DNA of 64,000 nucleotides, taken from IMG/VR virus record IMGVR_UViG_3300036762_000188. One strand, written 5' to 3'. This DNA is from a virus (lineage: Duplodnaviria > Caudoviricetes). Made by a program: the position numbers and the translations under genes. This document shows, one piece after another, positions 34,032-41,501 of the stretch. Numbering within the stretch: position 1 is the stretch's first letter; every line of letters begins with the position of its first letter. The notes beneath the pieces are model-generated. The model saw nothing but the letters and a program-made list of their open reading frames with translations, did not search any database and was not told where the DNA came from.

Positions 34032-34337
34032 CAACTAGATTTAGGTGTAAGTTCTGGGAGGTAGGCTTAGAAGCAGCCATCCTTTAAAGAGTAGGGTCTT
34101 TGCTCCTTGTGACAAAATAGCAACTCGAAGTACTTGAATTAGAGTTGTGAAAGTTGAACTAACCTCTATCCACTGATCACGGTAAGTTAGTTAAACGAGT
34201 TGCGTGGAGGTATAGTACCAAAGAGCTAGTAAGAACCTGTGAAATGACATAGGCATAGCGTGAGCGGTAGAAGTCATACCCGCCTAGCCGCCCTTTTGGT
34301 GTAACAACACACCAGAGCTTACACCTAAATCTAGTTG
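34032..34337 (+). ncRNA. ncRNA containing a split mimic of 23S rRNA H43-H44 (L11-binding GTPase-associated centre)
   Basis: 26-bp terminal stem; GGAGGTAGGCTTAGAAGCAGCCATCCTTTAAAGAGT at 34057-34092 and GGTGTAACAACACACCAG at 34298-34315. Confidence 0.8.
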
Positions 34338-34339
34338 GA

Positions 34340-34387
34340 AACCACGTATTAAAAGGCAGCGCTGTCCGCTTTGAATTATTTATTGTT
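34340..34387 (+). repeat. attC-like site A
   Basis: AAC..ATTAAAAGGCAG-CG-CTGTCCGCTTTGAAT..TTGTT, an imperfect palindrome with bulged bases. Confidence 0.55.
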
Positions 34388-34406
34388 GCTCTTGAGGGTA
34401 AGGATT

Positions 34407-34577
34407 ATGAAATATACAGAATGTAAACACGGGAACAAAGGCGCGAATTGCTTAGAGTGCATAACTGAATTTGAAATTGAACTTAAAAATGTATTTAAGA
34501 AAGGAGAACAGGTAAATAAAGTAAAAAGGCAGGCAGTAGTCGAATCACAGTACCGCGCAAATAAACGGCGCTGGTGA
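34407..34577 (+). CDS. Cassette ORF, small Cys/His protein
   Basis: AGGA RBS; CKHG....NCLEC. Confidence 0.5.
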   Translation: MKYTECKHGNKGANCLECITEFEIELKNVFKKGEQVNKVKRQAVVESQYRANKRRW

Positions 34578-34906
34578 GCAACCCAGAGTTAGTTTGCAGA
34601 ACGAAGCGGGGTGTAGAAATGTCAGAATTGAACGACTTGTTATCTGTGATTGAGCCACAACCCCGAGGCATTAAATATATGCTTGGTGGTGAATCATGGA
34701 TGGATGAAAAAGACCAAAGCCCGATCAGACTTAATTGTGAAGAATGGGGCAATCTAGGGCCGATGGAACTAAACCCAGAGATAGAGCCTAATAAGGCCGG
34801 ACTTCGGGTCAAGTGTACGGAAACTATAGCACCAGAAAATGCCAGAGGTTTTACGGTAGTTGATGGTATTTATTATTGGACTAGATCAAGCGTGTGGGAT
34901 AGATAA
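34574..34906 (+). CDS. Cassette ORF, hypothetical
   Basis: Ends in TAA-C at an attC-like left arm; N-terminus SELNDLL is encoded by the attC right arm. Confidence 0.5.
   Translation: MSNPELVCRTKRGVEMSELNDLLSVIEPQPRGIKYMLGGESWMDEKDQSPIRLNCEEWGNLGPMELNPEIEPNKAGLRVKCTETIAPENARGFTVVDGIYYWTRSSVWDR
34579..34643 (+). repeat. attC-like site B (read through by the next ORF)
   Basis: CAAC-CCAGAG...GTCAGAATTGAACGACTT-GTTAT. Confidence 0.6.
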
Positions 34907-34963
34907 CCCTTGCCATAAACGGCGGGTGAAGTCATAATGGGATTATACACCAAGGAAGGTAGC

Positions 34964-35179
34964 ATGAATACGATTGATTTTTGTTTTTGGTTGCAAGGAT
35001 ATTTTGAAATTAGTGGTGATACTGAAATCACGAAAGAGCAGGTACAGGTCATCAAAGATCATTTGAGTCTTGTTTTTAAGCATGAGATTGACCCGTTGCG
35101 AGAGAAGCAGACTACTACACCTGCCAGCGTTTTAAATGCCGCGCATTCGCCGGTCAATGATATGCAGATTCGGTGCTAG
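34964..35179 (+). CDS. Cassette ORF, conserved phage protein
   Basis: FCFWLQGYFEI...QVQVIKDHL.LVF motif; AGG RBS. Confidence 0.65.
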   Translation: MNTIDFCFWLQGYFEISGDTEITKEQVQVIKDHLSLVFKHEIDPLREKQTTTPASVLNAAHSPVNDMQIRC

Positions 35180-35184
35180 ACGTA

Positions 35185-35233
35185 TAACCCAGAGCTTCGC
35201 CGAAGTGAGGTCTGAAACAGTGAACTGTTAGTT
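35185..35233 (+). repeat. attC-like site D
   Basis: TAAC-CCAGAGCTTCGC..GTGAGGTCTG..CAGTGAACT-GTTAGTT. Confidence 0.65.
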
Positions 35234-35252
35234 CTTATCAAAAGGGTGATTT

Positions 35253-35447
35253 ATGAAGAAAGGTAAGGGTGGTCGTTGTAATTTAACAGCGTGCCAAACA
35301 CCGGAGGAGCCGGCTGAATGGTATAATCATGGCAGCCGCGCTTATTACTGTGAAGGTTGCGCAAAGATGCTGAATGAAGACCCGTTTAATAAGCGCGATG
35401 CCCAGGAAATGTTTGGGCATCCTCTTTGCACAATAGAAGAAACGTAA
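35253..35447 (+). CDS. Cassette ORF, Zn-finger protein
   Basis: KG..GG.CN.TACQ..A.WYNH....YYC..CA..LN; stop TAA overlaps the attC TAAC. Confidence 0.7.
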   Translation: MKKGKGGRCNLTACQTPEEPAEWYNHGSRAYYCEGCAKMLNEDPFNKRDAQEMFGHPLCTIEET

Positions 35448-35498
35448 CCCAGGTTTGCTGTGAGCCACGGCGATTATCTAACCAGTGAATTGTTAGTT
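35445..35498 (+). repeat. attC-like site E
   Basis: TAAC-CCAGG...CAGTGAATT-GTTAGTT. Confidence 0.65.
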
Positions 35499-35517
35499 CA
35501 CGAAATGAGGATTAGTT

Positions 35518-35721
35518 ATGAATAGAATAGTAATTGACGCGGATGTTGTATGGCCTATTTCAATCGGTATGGTTCTCATAGTGCTGATAATTAATGTGAC
35601 AAGTTGTTCTGAGAAATTTAATCAACTAAAGCACGATGAAACGGTACTATACCTTAATAAAGGGTGTGAGCGAACTATTGTTGCCGGTGGTCCAGGTACA
35701 CATTGGATCTGTACCAAGTGA
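35518..35721 (+). CDS. Cassette ORF, small membrane protein
   Basis: One TM helix; GAGG RBS. Confidence 0.6.
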   Translation: MNRIVIDADVVWPISIGMVLIVLIINVTSCSEKFNQLKHDETVLYLNKGCERTIVAGGPGTHWICTK

Positions 35722-35723
35722 AA

Positions 35724-35769
35724 TAACCCACAAACAGAGGCGAAGCCTGGCTTTATGCGCTTGTTAGTA
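35724..35769 (+). repeat. attC-like site F
   Basis: TAAC-CCAC..AGAGGC-GAA-GCCTGGCTTT..GCTT-GTTAGTA. Confidence 0.6.
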
Positions 35770-35788
35770 GCCTAACCGTAGAGATGAA

Positions 35789-36043
35789 ATGGAAAGAAAA
35801 GAATTCATTAAAAAGTATGGTGAGGTCGAGGTTACCTTCTCTCATTACTATAAATACACATTTACTTTTACTGGAGTCCTAGAAAATGGGAGTATTATAA
35901 GTGTGGATATTGGCGGTAACGCTGATGATATTTATCGCGAAGAGGTTAGTAATGATGAGAAACAAGTGATTTCACATTTAGAGCCGTATGCCGGGCGAGT
36001 TTATAATCAAGGCAAAGAAGTGCATAGTTTCTACGACTACTGA
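35789..36043 (+). CDS. Cassette ORF, conserved phage protein
   Basis: V.FSHYYKYTFTF.G...GG..DDIYR.EV. Confidence 0.65.
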   Translation: MERKEFIKKYGEVEVTFSHYYKYTFTFTGVLENGSIISVDIGGNADDIYREEVSNDEKQVISHLEPYAGRVYNQGKEVHSFYDY

Positions 36044-36088
36044 CAAAGAGCTTGCGTACCGCAGGTCACGCAGAATGAAGTGTTATTT
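36041..36088 (+). repeat. attC-like site G
   Basis: TGAC-AAAGAGCTTGCGT-ACC-GCA-GGTC-ACGCAG..GAAGT-GTTATTT. Confidence 0.55.
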
Positions 36089-36108
36089 CACGAACTGAGG
36101 ATATCTAG

Positions 36109-37137
36109 ATGCATACACTTAAACTTTTGAAGGAATCAGGCTTAGACGGTCTATACCGTCTGGGCATCAGGCCTGTTAAGAGAGACGGGCTTATACTCTT
36201 GAATTATAGTCAAGTGGAAAGTCCTAAGTTTCACCCCGTAGTAAATGAATGTCGTAGCCTACTCTTAACAGAGGACTTACAATTAGTAAGCCGCAGCTTC
36301 GACAGATTTTATAATCATAGTCAAGTAGACTCTTCAGAGGATATATCTGATTGTGATGTTTTTGAGAAGATGGATGGTTCTCTTCTGAATATGTACTACC
36401 ATAACGGATGGAAGTATAGATTAAGTGGATCCCTGGATCTTAACCATGGAGTATGGGATCCTACCGGTCTAGACAGTACTACATGGAAAGACTACGTCAA
36501 TAAATGTATGGCTGACGCGCCTCTGCATCTGGCTAATGATCGTGATTGCACTTATATATTTGAGATAGTCGGTAAGAGTAATAAGATAGTAGTGCAGTAC
36601 CCTGAAGCTGATTATAGGCTACTAGCTGTACGGCATAGAGACGGGCGTTATATGCCTATACCTGAGGGTTTTAAACGCCCGCGCAGTTATAAATTCAGTA
36701 CATTAACGGAATGTGTACAGGCTGCTAACTCATTACCTAACCTAGAAGAAGGCTTCGTTATATATAAAGACGGCCCGATTTTAAAGGTCAAAAGTGACGT
36801 CTATATAAAGAGTCATCATATGCGCTTCAATGATATAAGCGCTCGTAGGGTGATGGACATGGTTGTAGAAGGTGATTATGATGAGTACCTCTCGGTATTC
36901 GCAGAACATAAACCTATGTTCGAGCCTTTTATACAAGCTGTAGAGCGTATGAGGCTTGATATGATCAGGCTTAAAGCGGAGAGTGAAGGTTATACTACTC
37001 AGGAATTGAGTAGAATGTATTCTGGAGTAGAACTTTCCATGATATGGTGGGTTAGAAGTGATCGCTCTATATATGAGAATCTAAAAAGTTCAAAGCCTAA
37101 TGCGCGCATTCGTTTATTTAAACATTACATGGAGTAG
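36109..37137 (+). CDS. rnlA: RNA ligase 1 (T4 RnlA family)
   Basis: LNYSQ..ECRSL..SRSFDRFYN, FEKMDGS (motif I), TYIFE, NKIVV.Y, EEGFV, LKVKS. Confidence 0.88.
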   Translation: MHTLKLLKESGLDGLYRLGIRPVKRDGLILLNYSQVESPKFHPVVNECRSLLLTEDLQLVSRSFDRFYNHSQVDSSEDISDCDVFEKMDGSLLNMYYHNGWKYRLSGSLDLNHGVWDPTGLDSTTWKDYVNKCMADAPLHLANDRDCTYIFEIVGKSNKIVVQYPEADYRLLAVRHRDGRYMPIPEGFKRPRSYKFSTLTECVQAANSLPNLEEGFVIYKDGPILKVKSDVYIKSHHMRFNDISARRVMDMVVEGDYDEYLSVFAEHKPMFEPFIQAVERMRLDMIRLKAESEGYTTQELSRMYSGVELSMIWWVRSDRSIYENLKSSKPNARIRLFKHYME

Positions 37138-37139
37138 AT

Positions 37140-37973
37140 ATGATAACATTAACGGTAGGGATACCGGGTAGCGGTAAGAGCACTTGGGCTAAAAAACAAG
37201 ATGCAGTAGAAGTTAACAGGGATATGATACGTAAATCACTATTCTGTAATGGTGATACAGACGCCATGTTTGAGTATCGGTTCACTTCAGATAAAGAGGG
37301 TATAGTCACTGCCACCTCTGTAGCGGCAGTATCTAGTGCAGTATCTGTCGGTAGGGATGTGATAGTGTCGGATACTAATTTAGTAGCCTCGACTAGGGAT
37401 AGGTATAAACTGTTGGCTAAAAACCTGGGAGTAGATTATAAGGAAGTAGTCTTCCCTGACATCGATAAGGCGTTTAAACGTAACCTACAACGCTCTATCC
37501 CGGTACCTATGCAGGTGATGTTGAATATGTATAGGCTATTCCGCCAGTATGAAGGAAGGACACCTTATACACCTGGAGCAGATCCTTGTATCATCTGTGA
37601 TCTGGACGGTACTCTGTATGACATGAACGGTCGCAGTCCTTACGCTGACGATGTGTCAGGTGATTTAGTAAACGAGGTGATACTGAACTTACTTCGTAAG
37701 GTAGAATACCCTATCATCCTCATGTCTGGTCGTAAGGAATCGGCCCGGGCTAGCACCGAGGCTAAGCTGGCAGAGGATGGTGTAGAATATGAGCGACTCA
37801 TAATGCGTGCTACTAGTGATAATAGGCCTGATTATATAGTTAAGGAAGATCTTTTTGATACGCACCTGTCTGATAGGGATGTATGGTTTATCTTAGACGA
37901 CAGGGCTCAGGTAGTTAACATGTGGAGGGCTAAGGGGCTTACATGCTTTCAAGTCGCAGATGGATATTTCTGA
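37140..37973 (+). CDS. pseT: Polynucleotide 5'-kinase/3'-phosphatase
   Basis: GIPGSGKSTWA, NRD.IR, SDTNL; DLDGT, SGR, DNRPD..VK, LDDR.QVV.MWR..GL.CFQVA.G.F. Confidence 0.92.
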   Translation: MITLTVGIPGSGKSTWAKKQDAVEVNRDMIRKSLFCNGDTDAMFEYRFTSDKEGIVTATSVAAVSSAVSVGRDVIVSDTNLVASTRDRYKLLAKNLGVDYKEVVFPDIDKAFKRNLQRSIPVPMQVMLNMYRLFRQYEGRTPYTPGADPCIICDLDGTLYDMNGRSPYADDVSGDLVNEVILNLLRKVEYPIILMSGRKESARASTEAKLAEDGVEYERLIMRATSDNRPDYIVKEDLFDTHLSDRDVWFILDDRAQVVNMWRAKGLTCFQVADGYF

Positions 37974-38054
37974 ATGGGGTAGTGCCGGTATTAATGTTAC
38001 CGGCTACATATGTAGTAGAAGAGCTTTTTATATTTAATTTAATAGGAGTATTGT

Positions 38055-38360
38055 ATGGGATATCTATTTGCACTATCGATCGTGTGTATAGTAACTTCAC
38101 TGTTCACCGCTAAACTAGGCGTATTATACCTAGTGCTACTGGTGGCTAGTATTCTCGGCGGATTAGTGCTAGGTGGGTCTAAGCGGTTAGTAAAGGTTTT
38201 ACTGGTGGGGTTTATCATTATACCGGTAGTATACGCTGTTATGCCAGTTATAATGGCTATATACGGAGGCGTGGTATTAGGCTATACTATAGCACAGGCT
38301 TCTGATATCGGCAGGGTAGTAGGAGAGATTGTAGAAGGGATTGTAGACGCGATTGATTAA
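38055..38360 (+). CDS. Membrane protein (3 TM)
   Basis: Hydrophobic; AGGAG RBS. Confidence 0.65.
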   Translation: MGYLFALSIVCIVTSLFTAKLGVLYLVLLVASILGGLVLGGSKRLVKVLLVGFIIIPVVYAVMPVIMAIYGGVVLGYTIAQASDIGRVVGEIVEGIVDAID

Positions 38361-38368
38361 GGAGTTTC

Positions 38369-38884
38369 ATGAATTCATGGCTTACTAGTGACTTACACGC
38401 AGGGCATGCTGGTATCTCACGTTTCCGGAAGATACCCGATGGCCTTACGAATGAGGAATGGCTAGAGAGGGAATGGGGTAAACACATAGGCAAGCGGGAT
38501 ATCGTGAGATGCCTAGGCGACAATGTGTTTACCCCTGAGATGATAGAGTGGCTTAAAGGACTACCAGGGACCAAACATGGTATTGGAGGCAATCATGACG
38601 ATCTACCCGCACATCTATATCTGGAGTGTTTCGCCACTTACCGAGGGATGGATCGTTACAAAGGTGTGTGGCTCACACATTCTCCGATGCATCCCGCAGA
38701 GTTACGTGGAAGGTTTAATGTTCATGGGCATGTGCATTATCAGAGCATAGACGACTGGCGTTATATTAATGTGTGCTGCGACAATCTATGGGAGAATATA
38801 GGTAGGCCCTTTATAACCCTGGATGAGCTACGGGCTACTATGGAATTAAGGAAGATTTCAAGGAAGGTGGAATTTGCGTTATAA
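38369..38884 (+). CDS. Calcineurin-like phosphoesterase
   Basis: TSDLHAGH, LGD, GNHD, THSP.H, NVHGHVH, INVCCD. Confidence 0.88.
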   Translation: MNSWLTSDLHAGHAGISRFRKIPDGLTNEEWLEREWGKHIGKRDIVRCLGDNVFTPEMIEWLKGLPGTKHGIGGNHDDLPAHLYLECFATYRGMDRYKGVWLTHSPMHPAELRGRFNVHGHVHYQSIDDWRYINVCCDNLWENIGRPFITLDELRATMELRKISRKVEFAL

Positions 38885-39054
38885 GAAACATGTGACACGA
38901 GATACAATACGTACTGTCCTAGCCGGCAGTACTAACAAAGAGCGCCTATGCGCTCTTTTTGATTCCATTGGTCTGTCCGAAGGCTTCGTAGTGTTCGAGG
39001 AGTCTAATGGTACGGTACAGGCAGTAGATATAACCATAAACTACGAGGATTGAT

Positions 39055-39288
39055 ATGACAGTTTTATTTAAAGTGAACGGTGGGTCTATCTCTGAACGAC
39101 TAAAGGGTGAGACACGTAAGGAATTCCTAGAGAACGTGTATAAGACCATAGGTGACGACGAGGTGTACTTAGTTTTTAAACCGGTAGGCTTTAGATATAT
39201 GGCTACAGGTATACTCCCTATGCACCAAGCATGCCCATGGCCTGTAGTAAAGGATAGTACCCTGAACGATCTGTTACAAAAGCCTTAA
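39055..39288 (+). CDS. Hypothetical protein
   Basis: GAGG RBS. Confidence 0.5.
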   Translation: MTVLFKVNGGSISERLKGETRKEFLENVYKTIGDDEVYLVFKPVGFRYMATGILPMHQACPWPVVKDSTLNDLLQKP

Positions 39289-39582
39289 GAAATGTAACAC
39301 GTTTGTAACACCATAATTCCAGCAATGGCGTGGCTTTTTCTTGATTTGTTACAAAAAAACATTGTTACATAAAATAATACACATACTATGAGAGAGAGAG
39401 GAAGAGGGAGGAATGTATATATAAATACACTATATAAGAAAAGTGTGTTTTTATATATAGGCCTCTCCCTCTCTCATAGTATGTGTGTGTTCTGGTGTTT
39501 CTGTGTTTTCTGTAACGACTCCTCCCCAGCCCGCATAGAAGCTAGGATCCGGCGTTACACGGGTGTTACAGGAATTGTTACA
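39273..39582 (+). other. Non-coding region with TGTAAC/GTTACA iterons and an 18-bp inverted repeat; candidate replication origin or packaging site
   Basis: About 9 hexamer copies in both orientations; ACACATACTATGAGAGAG (39379-39396) and its inverse (39469-39486) flank an AT-rich core. Confidence 0.5.
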
Positions 39583-39610
39583 GTAAACTATTATAATCAA
39601 GGAGAAGATT

Positions 39611-40063
39611 ATGAAGACAGATTGTAAGCAGTTCCCTAAATCTATGCCTGTAATAGTTAATGATAAACCTAAGGGTGTCAACTTCAGGTTAACGGAGGTA
39701 TGTACAAACACCCTTATCTATAGGGGTAAACGCTTACCCAATAGAAGTGGAGGTCTTGTCGATATTAAGTGTAGTAGTGTTCATGGATATTCTAACCTAT
39801 ACACTTTAACTATCACAGCTAGGGCTGGGTATGAGTTCGACGGCGCTAGCATACCACGAGTTTCCTGGTCCATAGGACATCCTATGTCTCCTAAGTTCCA
39901 GCGTGCTGCGCTTATACACAATATCCTCTACGGGTTTCGTACGGATCGAGAGACCAACGATGAGCTATTCTACCAGTTATTACTAGAGGATGGCGTCAAT
40001 AAATTCAGAGCTAAACTGATGTGGACTGCGGTCCGCGTTGGTGGTGTATTTTACTATCTATAA
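39611..40063 (+). CDS. DUF1353-family protein
   Basis: GYEFDGASIPR..W..G.P....AALIH..LY..D.LF...L..DGV...A.LMW.AVRVGG. Confidence 0.75.
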   Translation: MKTDCKQFPKSMPVIVNDKPKGVNFRLTEVCTNTLIYRGKRLPNRSGGLVDIKCSSVHGYSNLYTLTITARAGYEFDGASIPRVSWSIGHPMSPKFQRAALIHNILYGFRTDRETNDELFYQLLLEDGVNKFRAKLMWTAVRVGGVFYYL

Positions 40064-40083
40064 GCGGCTTCGGCCGCTTTTTT
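40062..40083 (+). terminator. Rho-independent terminator
   Basis: AAGCGGC-TTCG-GCCGCTT-TTTT. Confidence 0.8.
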
Positions 40084-40095
40084 ATTGGGTGTAAT

Positions 40096-40335
40096 ATGGC
40101 AGAACATGAAGTGGCTATGGCCAGACTGCAGCGTAAGCTGGATAAGAAGGATAAGAGGATAGAGCGATTGGAGCAGCATATAGCTAGACTAGAGCATACT
40201 CTAGCTTGCAGGACGTTAGATCTTAAGTCTATAACACCTGATGTAACTAAGGCTGTGTCAGATGCGTTATGTAATGTACGGATGATACCTGTATTGGGCC
40301 CATCTAAAAGATTAGAAGTGAAGGTGGTAGAATGA
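40096..40335 (+). CDS. Hypothetical coiled-coil protein
   Basis: ATG 40096 after the terminator; AVSDALCNVRMIPV. Confidence 0.55.
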   Translation: MAEHEVAMARLQRKLDKKDKRIERLEQHIARLEHTLACRTLDLKSITPDVTKAVSDALCNVRMIPVLGPSKRLEVKVVE

Positions 40336-40910
40336 CTAGATTTAAATGTGAACAGCGATACATAGTCTTGAAGTGTAAAGACCTTGACTACCTTGATAAC
40401 GAATCTATAGTGCAGTTGAATAATATTCAAATAGCTATAGATGATGGTAGAGCGTCCGATGGTAAACCACCGTTGAATGCAGTGGTAGTAGAGGAGGACT
40501 GGCCTGAATACGAAATGGTATGGCGCTCAATAGAGGCTAGATCAGTCTTAGCAACACCTACTCTCGCGCGGTGTCACATTGAGGAGGTACTTATGGAGAT
40601 GTTAGCTAACTTCCATAAAGAGATCCCTTTAGACTCTGGTATAGAAGGTTTAACCCCTGAGGCAGTATATGCCATACTCCACAGTAAACTGGCGTGCGAA
40701 TATCATACGGTAAAGGGTAAGAGTGTACCGGCCCCAGTAAAGGTAATACCCAGCATTTACTACTATGTATCAGATACCGGTAATGTACTTAGATGTGTAG
40801 TACATAGCAGTCCAACCGATATTGATAACTTCCGCCTTAAGACTGGTAACGTGTATCGTAATGAAGACGATGCCTTTTTGAATTATAAAGCTTCCGTGGA
40901 GTTACTATGA
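40332..40910 (+). CDS. Hypothetical two-domain protein
   Basis: N-terminal RYIVLK.KD..GKPPL..VVVE.DWPEYE.VW phage motif; C-terminal part paralogous to the next two genes. Confidence 0.65.
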   Translation: MTRFKCEQRYIVLKCKDLDYLDNESIVQLNNIQIAIDDGRASDGKPPLNAVVVEEDWPEYEMVWRSIEARSVLATPTLARCHIEEVLMEMLANFHKEIPLDSGIEGLTPEAVYAILHSKLACEYHTVKGKSVPAPVKVIPSIYYYVSDTGNVLRCVVHSSPTDIDNFRLKTGNVYRNEDDAFLNYKASVELL

Positions 40911-41266
40911 GTGAACTTATAGACGTACTCGATAAGATGCGTGCTAACTTAGCAGATGGTATACCTTTTAACCGCGGTATAGCCGGGGCCGACTTGCTCT
41001 ACGAAGATTTATCTAAGTGCTATGTGGTAAGGACTCACGTGGTCAACGGAGAGACTGTACCTGCACCCCTATCGTATCTACCAGCCCCATCTTACTTCTT
41101 CATAAATTCATCAGGGGCAGTCACTAGAGATTCTAACATTCGGTCACACGACGTGACAGAGGCCTATCCTGAGCTTAATCATACAGACACCTATCGTATT
41201 CGTACAGGTAATGTATTCAAAAGTAAACATGATGCTATGGTAAACTTATTGGCTACGATGAAGTGA
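40907..41266 (+). CDS. Hypothetical protein (paralog)
   Basis: V.G..VPAP...YF.I..G.V..D.YR..TGNVF. Confidence 0.6.
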   Translation: MSELIDVLDKMRANLADGIPFNRGIAGADLLYEDLSKCYVVRTHVVNGETVPAPLSYLPAPSYFFINSSGAVTRDSNIRSHDVTEAYPELNHTDTYRIRTGNVFKSKHDAMVNLLATMK

Positions 41267-41269
41267 CGG

Positions 41270-41461
41270 GTGGTATGTTACATAGACCTAGGAGACACTT
41301 ACTTCTACATAAGTGACGTCGGTACTGTAAATAAAGAGACTTACGAGAGAACTGCTGCAGACTGTTACAGGCTTGCCACAGGTAATACTTACTGTAGCCG
41401 TGAAGAGGCGGAGTCTTATATGATAGATGACATACGTAAAAAATATGAGGGTATTGTATGA
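41270..41461 (+). CDS. Hypothetical protein (paralog)
   Basis: YFYISD.G.V..D.YRLATGN.Y. Confidence 0.55.
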   Translation: MVCYIDLGDTYFYISDVGTVNKETYERTAADCYRLATGNTYCSREEAESYMIDDIRKKYEGIV

Positions 41462-41501
41462 AGATAGAACTGAGAGCCCGTACTATAGTGAGAGGTGGTC
41501 T

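Larger units (their letters stand above)
32947..36107 (+). mobile_element. Acquired island carrying an rRNA-mimic ncRNA and an attC-like cassette array
   Basis: Flanking duplication; codon style differs from the core genome (judged by eye); attC-like spacers between ORFs. Confidence 0.55.

Noticed and set aside
34032-34337. True 23S rRNA gene or host contamination
   Set aside because: Only about 55 nt match, split by an insertion and enclosed in a non-rRNA 26-bp stem; the flanks are phage-like ORFs.
39388-39711. ORFs 39388-39627 (+) and 39451-39711 (-)
   Set aside because: Low-complexity translations of the repeat-rich non-coding region, with no RBS.
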